Shown piece by piece: positions 37,040 to 50,200 of a stretch of 64,000 nt of DNA. A program made the translations under genes and the position numbers. Under the pieces are notes generated by a model. That model searched no databases and was not told the origin of the DNA. It saw nothing but the letters and a program-made list of their open reading frames with translations. Where the stretch lies: positions 248,001 through 312,000 of the IMG/VR virus record IMGVR_UViG_3300027759_004177, one strand, 5' to 3'. The stretch's first letter is position 1, and each line of letters opens with the position of its first letter.

Positions 37040-37686
37040 TGGACGCAGGAATAGTTCAAGCCACCCGCACACTACCACCCAACCCTTTGCCAGTCAGTTG
37101 GCTGGGCCGCTCCGACATGGTTGCAGCTTGTCCAGACTGGGCAGTTATAGCACAGTTATCTAATATTCAACAACAAAATCTTCTGGCACAAATAGCCTAC
37201 GTGTCCAGTGCCTGGGATTATACAAAAATTGGCACCAACAACGAGCTGGGTAGATATCAATTTGATACCGACACGTTAGAAACTTACAGTTTATTAACCA
37301 CAGGATCAAATGCCAGCTACGGCACAGATTGCGTAAATTATCAACATTGTTGGCGAGCACCGTTTAGTACCTATGCTGATTATTTGACAGAAGTTGCCAA
37401 CATAAACGATTTTTTAACCAACACATCAGCACAAGAACTTTTGGCCTATCAACGTCTAGTAGATCTATACAGTGATTGTATCAAAATTGCCGCGATAAAA
37501 ATCAACGACACCGCAGATGTGGTGGCAGGTATGCTGTATGTGGCCTGGGAGTTAGGAGCAGGCACAGCCGCCACCCTAAACAATACTACAGGCACAGGTG
37601 CCTATGCCTGGCGCTATTTTAGCGTTGGTTCCGGCGGCAGTTACTATACAGCTGGCCGATACGCCATAACAATACTGAGCAAATAA
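37039..37686 (+). CDS. Lysozyme-fold-like baseplate protein (possibly inactive)
   Basis: LLAQIAYVSS...Y......LGRYQF, FL.N..AQE, VAGML..A..LG motifs; TAATG coupling to gp5. Confidence 0.45.
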   Translation: MDAGIVQATRTLPPNPLPVSWLGRSDMVAACPDWAVIAQLSNIQQQNLLAQIAYVSSAWDYTKIGTNNELGRYQFDTDTLETYSLLTTGSNASYGTDCVNYQHCWRAPFSTYADYLTEVANINDFLTNTSAQELLAYQRLVDLYSDCIKIAAIKINDTADVVAGMLYVAWELGAGTAATLNNTTGTGAYAWRYFSVGSGGSYYTAGRYAITILSK

Positions 37687-37694
37687 ATACTATT

Positions 37695-38069
37695 ATGACA
37701 ATATATCGCGGATTCAGCACCAGACTCAATGCCAAAAAGTACAGACTAACTGATTTCCAATTGGCCAAACAAGACATGATCAACCACTTTGAAATACGCA
37801 AAGGTGAAAAACTCATGAACCCTGATTTTGGCAGCATAATCTGGGACATGTTGTTTGAACCCTTGACTGAAGACACCAAACAAATTATCACCAATGATAT
37901 CACACGTATTGTGAGCTACGACCCCAGACTTGCTGTGCAACAAGTAGCAGTAACCGAGCAGGACAATGGGTTTTTAATAGCAATTGATGTGGCTTATATT
38001 CCCACTGATCAAACAGAAACTATTGCTTTAAATTTTGATCGTGCCAACAATAGATTAATTACTAATTAA
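37695..38069 (+). CDS. gp25: Baseplate wedge subunit gp25-like
   Basis: RKGEKLMNPDFGSIIWDMLFEP....I..DI..I...DPR. Confidence 0.9.
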   Translation: MTIYRGFSTRLNAKKYRLTDFQLAKQDMINHFEIRKGEKLMNPDFGSIIWDMLFEPLTEDTKQIITNDITRIVSYDPRLAVQQVAVTEQDNGFLIAIDVAYIPTDQTETIALNFDRANNRLITN

Positions 38070-38117
38070 CAGACCATATTATTCTTTCCGATAAATACTT
38101 GATACGGATAAAATAAC

Positions 38118-41100
38118 ATGGCACAAACCACACGTCAAACCAACCTCTTAGTACAGCAAGACTGGACCAAGATCTATCAAACGTTTACCAACGCTGATTT
38201 CACCAGCTATGATTTTGAGACCTTGCGTAACAGCATGATCACCTATCTCAAAACCTACTACCCTGAAACATTCAATGATTTCTTAGAAAGCTCAGAGTAT
38301 CTGGCCTTGATCGACATGATTGCGTTTCTTGGGCAGAGTCTAGCGTTCCGTGCAGACTTGAATGCTCGTGAAAATTTTATTGACACAGCACAGCGTCGTG
38401 ACAGTATTTTAAAACTGGCTCGTATGCTCAGTTACAATCCACAACGCAATACTGGCGCCAGTGGCCTGCTCAAGTTTGAAAGTGTGCGTACCACAGAATT
38501 TCTCACAGACAGTTCGGGCATTAATCTAAGCAACGCCACCATACACTGGAATGATCTTACCAACGAAAACTGGCTGGAACAGTTTACTACTATTCTCAAC
38601 GCGGCCCTGGTCAGTAGCCAAGCAGTGGGCAAGCCTGGCAACAGTCAATACCTTAATAATATCAAAACAGACGAATATACAATTAACCTAAACACCAACA
38701 CCTTGCCTGTTGCTCCATTTACCACAACCATACAAGGCAGTAGTGTGGCATTTGAAGCAGTAAGTGCCACCAGTCTGGGACAGAGTTATCTATACGAACG
38801 TGACCCAACCAGTAGTGGTGCGTTTAACGTTTTGTATCGTAACGACAACAATGGTAACGGTAGCAACAACACCGGTTTCTTTTTGTATTTCAAACAGGGC
38901 AAATTAAATTCTACAGAATTTAACATCACCAATGCCATTCCCAATAACTTTGTCACGGTGGCCACCAACAACATCAACAACACAGATGCTTGGTTATACA
39001 GTTTGGATGTCAACAGAAATGTCAGCGAAAAATGGACCAAAGTTCCAGCCTTGAACGGCATCAATGTTATCTACAATCAATTAACAGAAAAAAATCTTTA
39101 CCAAATCAACACTCGCACCAATGACCAAGTGGATGTGGTGTTTGGTGATGGCAGTTTCAGTAACATACCACAAGGCAGTTTCCGTTTTTATTATCGCACC
39201 GGTAATGGTATCACCTACAGCATTACTCCTGACGACATGGCCAGTGTCAGTGTGGCCTTTAGCTATATCAGCAAACAAAACAGAGTTGAAACGCTGACTA
39301 TCACAGCCAGCTTGAATTATACTGTGACCAATGCCAATGCAGCACCAAGCCTGAGCAGCATCAAGGCCAGTGCTCCGCAACAGTACTACACACAAAATCG
39401 TATGATCACAGCAGAAGACTACAACATCTTCCCACAGACCAACTACGGTAGTATTCAAAAGATCAAAGCAGTTAATCGTACCAGCTCAGGTGTGAGTTTA
39501 TACCTTGACGCACTGGACCCAACTGGCAGTTTCTCCAGCACAAATATCTTTGGCGACGATGGCACAATATCAGCCAACAACAAAATAGGTTCAACACAGT
39601 TTGATTTCTTAACCGATAACGACATTTATTCGGCTGTGTACAATGTGATCATACCAACAATCAACAGCACAGAAGTTAGAAACTACTACTATGGTAATAC
39701 TAGTGTATTTCCAAGATTCAGTGGCAACACCAACACAGTCTCGGGCGGCAATATCAAGTTTAATCAAAACACAGTAAGCACAGGAACCAGTACAGGGTTC
39801 TTGGCCAATTTGGTCAGTAACGTAACTCTACAGGTAGGCGCCAATGTTAGTCATTATCTACGTTATGTTGATACAGGTGCTGTGTTGCAATTCAGTGCAC
39901 CAACCGGATATAGATTCAACAGCGAACATCAGCTACAGTTAGGTAATACCTTGACCAACGCCGGCGACACATTGAATTTTTATGCTGTGGTCACAGACAT
40001 TGTGGCCGATTCGGACCCAACTGTGCCAAACAGAATTACACTTGGCACAGTGGTACCGTCAGGTGCAATTTTAAGTAATGTGAGCTTGGCTGGTGCCGAA
40101 GCTATAGTGCCAGCTTACAAAAACGATTTGAGTACCAGCTTAATTACTACCATAATCACACAAATCAAAGCCTTGTTAAACTTTGGTTTAAAATACAATA
40201 CAACAGTTAGAGTACAATACGAGGATGGCTCATACGGACCTTATGGTGTATGGGAAAATATTACACCAGCCAACATCGGTTCAAGCACAGACTGGATATT
40301 GAAATTTACCTATAATCAAGGCCTATACACAATTAACTATAGAAATCTCGAATACACTTTTGCCAGTGCGGGCAATACCAAGTTTTATTTTGATCCATCA
40401 GTGCGTGTGTACAACTCTGTTATTGGCACCAACGTCAAAGACACTATTAAAATTTTAAAAATTAATACCAAACCTAATGCTACAGCAACATTAGACAATG
40501 ACATAGTATGGCAAATTTATAACACTATCACAGCCACCGATGGATATGTGGATAAAACCAAAGTGTTGGTACAGGTACCGACTACACAGGCTGAAGCTAT
40601 TCCTGACAATCCAGATCTGTACCTTCAAGTTGCTGCCGGCTCTGCAGATAGGGATAGTCTATATTTCCAATATCGTCATAATGTTCCTGGACGTAGCCGT
40701 ATCAATCCAACCCCAGTAAACATCGTTGACGTTTATGTGTTGACATCAACTTATGCTATAGATTATGCAAATTATCTCAAAGATCTCACTGGCACCATCG
40801 CAGAACCAGAATTGCCAACCAGTACCAGCTTAGAAACAGCATATAGTGATTTGGATAATTATAAAGCAGTGAGTGATACGCTAATTTATAATCCAGCAAA
40901 GTTTAAACCCTTGTTCGGGGCCAAGGCCGATGTCAGTCTACGTGCCCGATTCCAGGTAGTAAAAAATCCAGCGGCCAACGTGACAGACAACGAAATTAAG
41001 AGTCAAGTTATTACTGCGGTAAACAAATATTTTGACGTGAGCAACTGGGATTTTGGGGAAACATTTTATTTCAGTGAATTGGCTGCATACTTGCATTCAA

Positions 41101-41294
41101 CATTGACACCTAACATATCAAGTGTGTTGATTGTGCCAGCAAGTAATAATTTGGTGTTTGGTAACTACTTCCAAATCAACGCCGAACCATGGGAAATTAT
41201 TACCAGTGCCGCCACAGTCAATGATGTTGAAATAATTTCAGCTATCACAGCCGCTCAATTGAATTTGGGCAATACATTAGTCGGAACATATTAA
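38118..41294 (+). CDS. gp6: Baseplate wedge subunit gp6-like (baseplate J family)
   Basis: DFETLR..M..YL, DF.ESSE..ALID..A, ENFIDTAQRR.S...LA..L.Y.P, V.FGDG.F..IP.G, IK..AP..YYTQNRM.T.EDY; late promoter GATAAATA 38090-38097. Confidence 0.85.
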   Translation: MAQTTRQTNLLVQQDWTKIYQTFTNADFTSYDFETLRNSMITYLKTYYPETFNDFLESSEYLALIDMIAFLGQSLAFRADLNARENFIDTAQRRDSILKLARMLSYNPQRNTGASGLLKFESVRTTEFLTDSSGINLSNATIHWNDLTNENWLEQFTTILNAALVSSQAVGKPGNSQYLNNIKTDEYTINLNTNTLPVAPFTTTIQGSSVAFEAVSATSLGQSYLYERDPTSSGAFNVLYRNDNNGNGSNNTGFFLYFKQGKLNSTEFNITNAIPNNFVTVATNNINNTDAWLYSLDVNRNVSEKWTKVPALNGINVIYNQLTEKNLYQINTRTNDQVDVVFGDGSFSNIPQGSFRFYYRTGNGITYSITPDDMASVSVAFSYISKQNRVETLTITASLNYTVTNANAAPSLSSIKASAPQQYYTQNRMITAEDYNIFPQTNYGSIQKIKAVNRTSSGVSLYLDALDPTGSFSSTNIFGDDGTISANNKIGSTQFDFLTDNDIYSAVYNVIIPTINSTEVRNYYYGNTSVFPRFSGNTNTVSGGNIKFNQNTVSTGTSTGFLANLVSNVTLQVGANVSHYLRYVDTGAVLQFSAPTGYRFNSEHQLQLGNTLTNAGDTLNFYAVVTDIVADSDPTVPNRITLGTVVPSGAILSNVSLAGAEAIVPAYKNDLSTSLITTIITQIKALLNFGLKYNTTVRVQYEDGSYGPYGVWENITPANIGSSTDWILKFTYNQGLYTINYRNLEYTFASAGNTKFYFDPSVRVYNSVIGTNVKDTIKILKINTKPNATATLDNDIVWQIYNTITATDGYVDKTKVLVQVPTTQAEAIPDNPDLYLQVAAGSADRDSLYFQYRHNVPGRSRINPTPVNIVDVYVLTSTYAIDYANYLKDLTGTIAEPELPTSTSLETAYSDLDNYKAVSDTLIYNPAKFKPLFGAKADVSLRARFQVVKNPAANVTDNEIKSQVITAVNKYFDVSNWDFGETFYFSELAAYLHSTLTPNISSVLIVPASNNLVFGNYFQINAEPWEIITSAATVNDVEIISAITAAQLNLGNTLVGTY

Positions 41295-44200
41295 TGGCCA
41301 TAGTCAACACAATTAATTTTTTACCAAGGATATTCCGTACACCAACCAATCAACGATTCCTTGGTGCCACCATGGACCACTTAACGTCCGACGCAATCAA
41401 CACACCTGTCAACGGATACATAGGTCGAACATTTGCTCCTACCTACAAACCAGGAGACAATTATGTACCTGAATCAACCGATCTACGAAAAAACTATCAA
41501 TTGGAACCCAGTGCTGTAGTAACTGACAGCAACGGTGAAATAACATTTAACACTGGTTACATTGATCTATTACAAAACATAAAAAATTATGGCGGCCTAA
41601 CAGACAATCAGCAACGCTTGTTTGGTAGCGAAATGTACAGCTGGGACGGACATTTTGATTACGATAAATTTGTAAACTATTACAATTATTATTGGTTACC
41701 CGATGGGCCAGACTTTGTGCCAATTTATGGAAATCAAGCGCCTTATACTGCTGATTACACAGTAGTGCGAAACGGTGCCGTTGGTGGATACACATTTACC
41801 GGCAAGGGATATCAGCCCAATACTCAACTGACTTTGGTTCGTGGCGGAGTCTACACATTTACTATCAATCAACCCGGTCATGACTTTTGGATACAACGTA
41901 GCCCCGGTGTCAACGGCATTGATCCCAATATTCCCACGGTAAGTACCCGAGATGTATACGGTGTTACCAACAATGGCGCCAGCACTGGCACAGTAACTTT
42001 CCGTGTACCTCTGTACAACGCACAAGATTTTTATATCTTGATGCCAATCAAGTCCAGCGTTGATGCGGCAACCACACTCAAATACATCGACATACAAAAT
42101 CGTTTATTAAGTAATTTCCTAAACCAGTACCCAGATGGTATTGATGGTATTAATAATCAGCTACAAAACAAAACTTTAATATTCATTGGCAACGACGAGG
42201 ACGATACCAATTGGACCACCCCTGCAGTCAGCCCAGCATACACCAGCTTAGATGTGGCCAGCATCCGTCCCGGAGACATTATCAATGATGCCACTCGAGT
42301 TAAAACTTGGAAAATTAATTTGGTTGCTGTTGATAGTGCTGCTACAGATTTTATTATACAACTATCCCCGGAAACCACAATTCTAGCAAGAGAAAAAGTT
42401 TTTATAAGCTCAGGTAAAACCTATGCTTCACAAAAGTTTTGGCTCAACGATAATCTAGCATACAATGTAGAACCAGCAATTACCGCAAACACAGATCGCC
42501 TATACTATCAAGACAGTAGCAATCCGGGGTTTGTTGGCGAAATACGCATAATAAACAACACGTCAGACACAATCGAAGTTGACACAGAAATTGTTGGTCG
42601 GGTTGGATATACCAGTCCCAATGGTGTGGTGTTTACCAATGGATTAAAGATTCAATTTGACAGTTTAGTCACTCCAGCGTCATACTATAAATTTGAGTAT
42701 GTCAATTACTCAACTTGGCTAACAGCACTCAATGACATGGGTGCTACAGTAACTGGTACCAGTGGCGGTGCAGTGGCGTATAAAGATGAGCAATTGGTTG
42801 GTGAGTGGAACGGAACCACCGGATATAGAATTAGAGAATGGTATGTAGAAGGCGTGGGCACAGCAATTAATTTAGTGCCTGTTGGACAAACAACAGTACC
42901 TGAGGCCTACGGATATCTACTGGATACTACTCCGGACTATATCACAATCAATCGTGGCAGCCGAGATAGAAATCCCTGGGCACGTAGCAATCGTTGGTTC
43001 CACAAAGATGTGATTGCCGCCACCGCTGACTACAATAACACCACTGAAAATTACGGACTCAACTTGCCTGGTCGCAGACCTATCATTGAGTTTGACTCAG
43101 ACCTACAACTTTTTAATTTTGGCCGTCAAGCAAAAAATAGTGTAGATCTAGTGACTTTTGAGGAAACAGATGCATTTGGTATAACTATACCGGCTACTCG
43201 AGTTGAAGGACAAATCACTGCTGTAGTGGATGGTATTACTTTGGCGCCCGGCCACAGAGTTGTATTTGCCAATGACTATGATCTCAATGTTAAAAATAAA
43301 ATATGGGAGGTAACTGTAATTGAAGGACTGGGTGGACAAAATTACATCAACTTGATCGCCACCGATGACAATCCAGTGCTGGCTGGAGAAAATGTTTTGG
43401 TCACCGAAGGCGACAACGCAGGAAAAACTTATTATTTTGATGGTGAAGATTGGTTTGTATCACAATCTAAATCCAGCATAAATCAGATGCCTTTGTTTGA
43501 TCTAGTAGATGCCGACGGATATAGTTTCAGTGACACAACTGTTTATCCAGGATCTACTTTTGCGGGCAACAAGATTTTTAACTACAATGTTGGTACTGGA
43601 AACAACGATACAATCTTGGGATTTCCTTTAAGCTATCAAAATTTCAACAACATCGGTGACATTGTATTTAAAAGTCACTATAATACAGATTCGTTTACTT
43701 ACACATCAGATACCAATACCGGAGCAACTCAAGCCATTGCTTGTAGCACAGGTTATTTAATTAAAAACACCAATTTAACCACACAAGAAAAATTAAATTC
43801 CTGGGTACCGGGTGCTGAAGACAGTAGCCAATATCAGTTGTTTACCAAATTCTTTGATGGGCGAGTGCTTGACATCAATGGAGTCAACAGAGCATTCGTA
43901 CAAGTTGACGTTTTGCCCGCAACAACAGATACTATACCGCACCTCAAAGTCTATAAAAATAATATGCTGTTAACAGCAACAGTTGACTATGAGTTAACCA
44001 CATATGGTATGTACAATATCGTAATCTTTTTATCTGATCCAGCCGTGGGAGACAAACTTGATGTTGCAATTTTTAGCGACACAGCAAGTAAACTGGCACC
44101 ATATGAAGTTCCAAAAAATCTGATTCAAAATCCTCTCAACGAGAATTTTTCAACCATTGCTTTGGGGCAAATTAGAACACACTACAATAAACTGTTAGAA

Positions 44201-47200
44201 AACACATCAGTCAGCAACAGACCTATCCAGGACACGTACTTAAAACAGCAAAACGGAACACTGAATCAACACTCTGCGCCGTTGGTCTATGCAATGACAT
44301 TCTTAAACGATCCAATGCTTAATTTTGTCAATGGTATTGATTTGGCCAAAAAAGAATATAGCAGATTTAAAAATAAATTTATAAGTTTGTGCTCAACCCT
44401 ATCTGGTCTAAACTACAATGACCCTGTTACAGGTGTAGATACAATACTACAAAATATCAACTCGGTTAAAAATTCTAGCTTTCCTTGGTACTATTCAGAC
44501 ATGGTGCCACAAGGCGGAAATTACACAACAATAACTTACACCGTATTAAATGAGCGTCAGACCAACTATGAAATTGGCAATATTTTTAATCCCGTTGAAT
44601 TAAGCAATCGTGCTGTGTTAATCTGGCACAATGGCGTACAGCTGACCTTGGGCAAGGATTATGAATTTAGTCCCACAGTACCAGCAGTAATTTTTTCAAT
44701 CTCATTTGCGATCAACGACACCATTGTCATCAGAGATTACTTTGACACAGACGGAAGTTTTGTTCCCGAAACTCCAAGTAAACTAGGTCTGTATCCCAAA
44801 TCAGAGCCTTTGATTTATCAAGATACAACATATCAGACTCCTGTAAATGTGATTAGAGGACACGACGGATCGGTAATGCCAGCATTTGGCGACTTCCGCG
44901 ACAACTACATACTGGAACTTGAAAAGCGTATCTACAACAACATCAAGGCAGACTATACCAAAAATATTATCAATTTATATGATATTGTTCCTGGACGCTT
45001 TAGAACAACCGAGTACACACGAGATGAGTTCGTACAAATTCTATCTCGCAACTTTTTACAATGGTCCGGTACAAACAATGTGGACTATACCACCAACAGT
45101 TGGTATGATGCCAACAATTCCTGGACCTGGAACTATGAAAAGTTTACAGACACAGTAGATGACAAACCCTTGCAAGGCAGTTGGAGAGCAATTTATAACT
45201 ATTGGTATGATACCGATCAACCCAATAGAGCACCATGGGAAATGTTGGGATTTGGATTTGAACCTGCATGGTGGGAGACTCGGTATGGTCCAGCACCGTA
45301 TACTCGAGGTAACTTTACTCTTTGGGAAGATTTAGAAGCTGGTTATGTTTGGAACAACGGAGACCCCTACACTGACACTCGTTTTGCCCGTCCGGGGCTG
45401 ACTGACTTTATTCCTGTAGACAGCGCCGGAAATTTATTACCACCAACTGACATCAACATAGTCAAACAATATAACCTAACTGCCGGCGGCAACAATTATG
45501 TCATTGGACAAGAAGGTCCTGTAGAAACAGCGTGGATACGCAGCAGTGACTATCCGTTTGCCGTACAAATGGCCATAGCCATGGCCAAACCTGCCAGTTA
45601 TTTTGGAACACAGTATGATACATCGAGATTCTATGTCAGCGAAATCACGGGTCAATTTAGTAGTGCCACCAATGAAAAAATTAACCCTGCCGATTTAAAA
45701 ATCAACGGAGACACACGCACTGGGGCTGTCCAACGCACCAGTGGATACATTAACTGGATTGCTGATGTTATTAAAAACGTTGGCATAGATCCAGTTGAAA
45801 AAATTTCCAGTTATTTAGAAAATTTAAGTGTTAAGCTAAATTACAAAGTTGGCGGATTCACTGACAAAAATATTCTAACAGTCACAGCAGAACAAACTAC
45901 CCCAGGTGCCAAACGTGCTGGAGTTATCATACCTGACAGCAATTATAATGTATATCTGAATAAATCAATACCTGTGTCTGTAGTTACCTATAGTGCAGTA
46001 ATAGTGCAACGTACCAATGTTGGATATAGCGTGGTCGGATACAATACCAATGATCCATTCTTTACAATTTTGCCCAGTGTCGCTAATAACAAAGCAGAGA
46101 CAATCACGGTGGGCGATGTCAGCGCCAAACTGTATCAAGACACCACAAATCGCACAATATCAGTGCCATATGGTACAACCTACAGTAACATACAACAATT
46201 AAGTGACTTCTTGATCAGTTATGAACGATATCTCGAAAGTGTTGGATTTGTATTTGATCAATTTGACAAAGATTTGCAAGAAGTAAAAAACTTCAGGACC
46301 AGTGTCAAAGAATTTTTATACTGGAGTCAACAGGGCTGGGAAGTAGGTACCATACTGGTGCTAAATCCAACAACAGATCGACTGCTATTAAAAACATCCG
46401 GCACAGTGGTAGACGAAATAACCAATACACTAAACTCAGGACGCATATTGGATCAAAATTTCTTGCCTATCAAGAGTGGAAATTTTAACATTGTAAGAAC
46501 TGAAAATTTTGCATTTGGCAACCAATTTGGTATAACCACACTCAACGGAACAGGTATATGTTTTGCCAGTCTAAATCTGGTTCAATTTGAACATGTGTTG
46601 GTATTTGACAACGAAAGTGACTTTGGTGACATTATCTATGTGCCATCGCAAGGAGTAAGACAGTATCGATTAAGTTTGTCAGGAGCCAAGACCGGAGCCT
46701 GGACCGGCGCATTAAGTGCCAGTGGATACATGTACAATACTACAAATGTCAGTGGATGGACTGCTGGCACAGACTATCAAGTAGGCGACATTGTTACTTT
46801 TAATAATAACTATTATACTGCACTTGATTCTATACCAGCAACTACAAAATTCAATGTGGCAGACTGGGCACAAATTCAAGAATCTGATTTAAAAACTGGA
46901 CTATTACCAAGCCTTGGTCTGTTAGCACAACAGTCAGAAAACATTTATAACGTTGATCGACCACCAGACAACGAAACATTGCAGTTATTCAGTGCAGGCT
47001 TAATTGGATTCCGTCCAAGAGACTATTTAACTGATTTGGGCATTGGTACCGCAACACAAACAAAATTCTACCAGGGTCTTATCAAAGAAAAAGGCACATT
47101 AAATTCTATCACTGCCTTGACCAAGGGTAACTTTGACAACGTATCAGGTAACATCGCAATTTTTGAAGAGTGGGGATTCAAAGTTGGCGACTACGGCGAC

Positions 47201-50200
47201 TTAGATGGCAATCAGTTTAAAGAATTCGTGCTAGACCAATCAGTTTTCAACACCAACCCTGTGGCATTTACTCTGGGTAACACATACTCTGCTGGCAACA
47301 TAATTGTTAATTTGCAGGCCAATGCCAATTTGACCATATCAAACGTGTACAATTCTAGCAATTTGTCCAACACCAGTACCGCAATATACAGCAACAGAGA
47401 TAAAAGTTTTTACATCAACGATTTGCCTACCGCAGGATATGTGCATGTTGATGATACAGATTTAACAATTTTTAACATCAATGAATACAATCAAAATCCT
47501 GATGTGGGTATTGGTAGTAAAATTTGGACAGCCAAAGACACCGGCAATAATTGGAACGTATATCGTGTAACAGAAACCGACATTTCTGCCACAACACTGA
47601 CCTATGTTTTAGATGATTATGCACAGTTATTGTTCACAGACAAACACTCATTCCAGGTTGGAGATCTATTAGTATTAAAAGGATTCCAGGTCGCCTATTT
47701 TGATAACTCTATTTTAGAAAATTTCAGTACCAACTATGATAACATTTATAAAATAGTTGATGTTGTTAATCAATTAACAGTTACAGTACAACTAAAAGAC
47801 ATCGCCGCATTGTCCAACTTGATTGCGACCAGCCCAGTCGTCAGCGAAGCGGCAGTTTATAAATTAGTATCGTCTAAAGTGCCAACTGTGACAGCGATTG
47901 ACGGTCTTTTACCATTGCACGGATGGATTGATAACGACAGGATCTGGGTTGACACAGCTACCACTGATGCAGGATGGGGAGTCTATACGTTCAATCAGGC
48001 CTGGCCCAACACAGCCTCGGGTAATTTGACAGCCAATACAGTGACAGCCAATGATAGATTTGGTAGCCAAGTGACTATCAGCACCACCGGCAAATATTTT
48101 TATTCTAGTAATCCTGCACAAAAACAAGTGCAAGTGTTTGCTAATGTTGCTGGCAACTATAGTGCTAACATTACAATCTCCAACTCCGAAGCAAAATTTG
48201 GAAGCGTGTTAGAATCTCAAGGTAACTTGCTAGCCGTGGCTGCTGCAGGTAATGTTTATGTGTATAGACAAAACGACAGCACCACCGCCAACACCATGGC
48301 CATTCCGTGGGTACCCAACGCTTTCCCAACACTGGGAACAGCCTGGACAGCCAATACTGTAATTGCTATCAACACCCAAATTAGCAACGGATCAAACACC
48401 TATATAACAACAGGCAATGTGTATGGTGCCACGTTTGCCAATATTATATCAAATACACGGGCAGTAAGTTTTATTCCTGTTAATTCCATTATTTCTTATC
48501 AGAGTAATATCTATGTTACCACTGCCAACGTTTGTCCGGCCAACGTATTTTTACCAACCACAGCAGAAAAATTTGCTGCAATTACTTCTAATATTCAATT
48601 GATCAACGTCTTGGCTGGTAATGTTCAATTGTTGCAGACCATTACCACAGGCAACATGTCCGGTAATATTTCTAGTGTGTCAATGAGTGCAGACATGAAA
48701 CAGATATACATTGGCGGAAACGATCGTGTTGAAGCCTATACTACTACCAATGGCGCCTGGGCCAACATCAAATATACCTGGGCCAATGCTGTTACAGGCG
48801 TTGGTGCGTTTGGCAATGTGGTCAAAACCAATACCAATGGTACTCGTTTATTAATTGGTGCGCCAAATGCCACAAACACATATGATCAAAATGGTAATGT
48901 GTATTATTACACAGTTAACCTAACAACCAATGCTATCGCATTGACACAGACACTGAGTAGCGAATATAAGAATCAAGGCGCACAGTTTGGATACCAAATT
49001 GGAACAGACAGCACGGCCGCTAATGTGTTTATTGGTGCTCCTGGGTCACTGGGCACTGATAAGTTCTATGGCGTAGTAGAACATTGGACACATGACGGAA
49101 ATGTTTATGTTCGTGCTGGAAATGTGTCTCGACCAAGAGACCAATCGGGTGCATTTGGCACCACTGTCAGCGTCAGTTCAGATGCAAAATTTGTGGCGGT
49201 AGGTAGCCGTGGTAGCGCCAGCGAAGAAACAACTGTGTTTGACAATTCCGACACAGTGATCGACAACAATTCTACAAAATTTATTGATTCTATTGTGGCC
49301 AGTGGTAGTGTTTACGTATTTGAGTCATTGATGAATCAGTCCAATATCGCTGATGTTGTGTATTCGTTTACACAAGAATTAGAAACCGGCAGATATGCAC
49401 AATTGGAAAGTGGCGACAACTTTGGAGCTGCTGTTGCGGTTGCTCCGGGATTGTTATTGGCCAGTGCACCTGAATCAGATTTGGCATCGGGCGTAGTGTA
49501 TACATTTAACAATTTAACAAATACACCGTCTTGGCAGTTGACAAGAAGTCAATTGCCTCAAGTTGACATTGACAGCATTAACAGATCATTTATATACAAC
49601 AAATCAAATAATAATTTAATTGCACCATTGGACATTGTTGATCCGGCCAAAGGTAAAATTTTAGGCGGTGTGGCCAGCGACATTGATTATCGATTGGATC
49701 ATGATCCTGCCACGTACAATGCTGGCACACAAAACACATATCAAGATTACCATTGGGGGCCTGCACAAGTTGGTCGCATATGGTGGAATCTTGACAACCT
49801 ACGATATACAAATTACGAACAAGATTCTTTGATTTATAGATTAAATCACTGGGGCGATCGTTTTCCTGAAAGTAAAGTAGAAATTTACGAATGGATAGAA
49901 AGTTCTGTATTACCTAGCGAATTTGTTGCCGGCGGAGAATCTGGCGTACCCTTATACGCAGACGACTCAGCTTACAGCACATATGGATACGTAGATCAGT
50001 CTGGTGCAGTACGTGTCAAGTATTACTTTTGGGTAGCTCTTAGAGATCAAGCCAACACTCGTGCTGGCAAACAAAACAGCGTTGTTGCTATTACCGCAGC
50101 AATTGAAAATCCACAAAATCAAAATATACCGTACGCTACAGTTTTGCGTAACGACACAATAGCTTTATATAATGTTAAAAATCTATTGGTAGGAAAAAAC

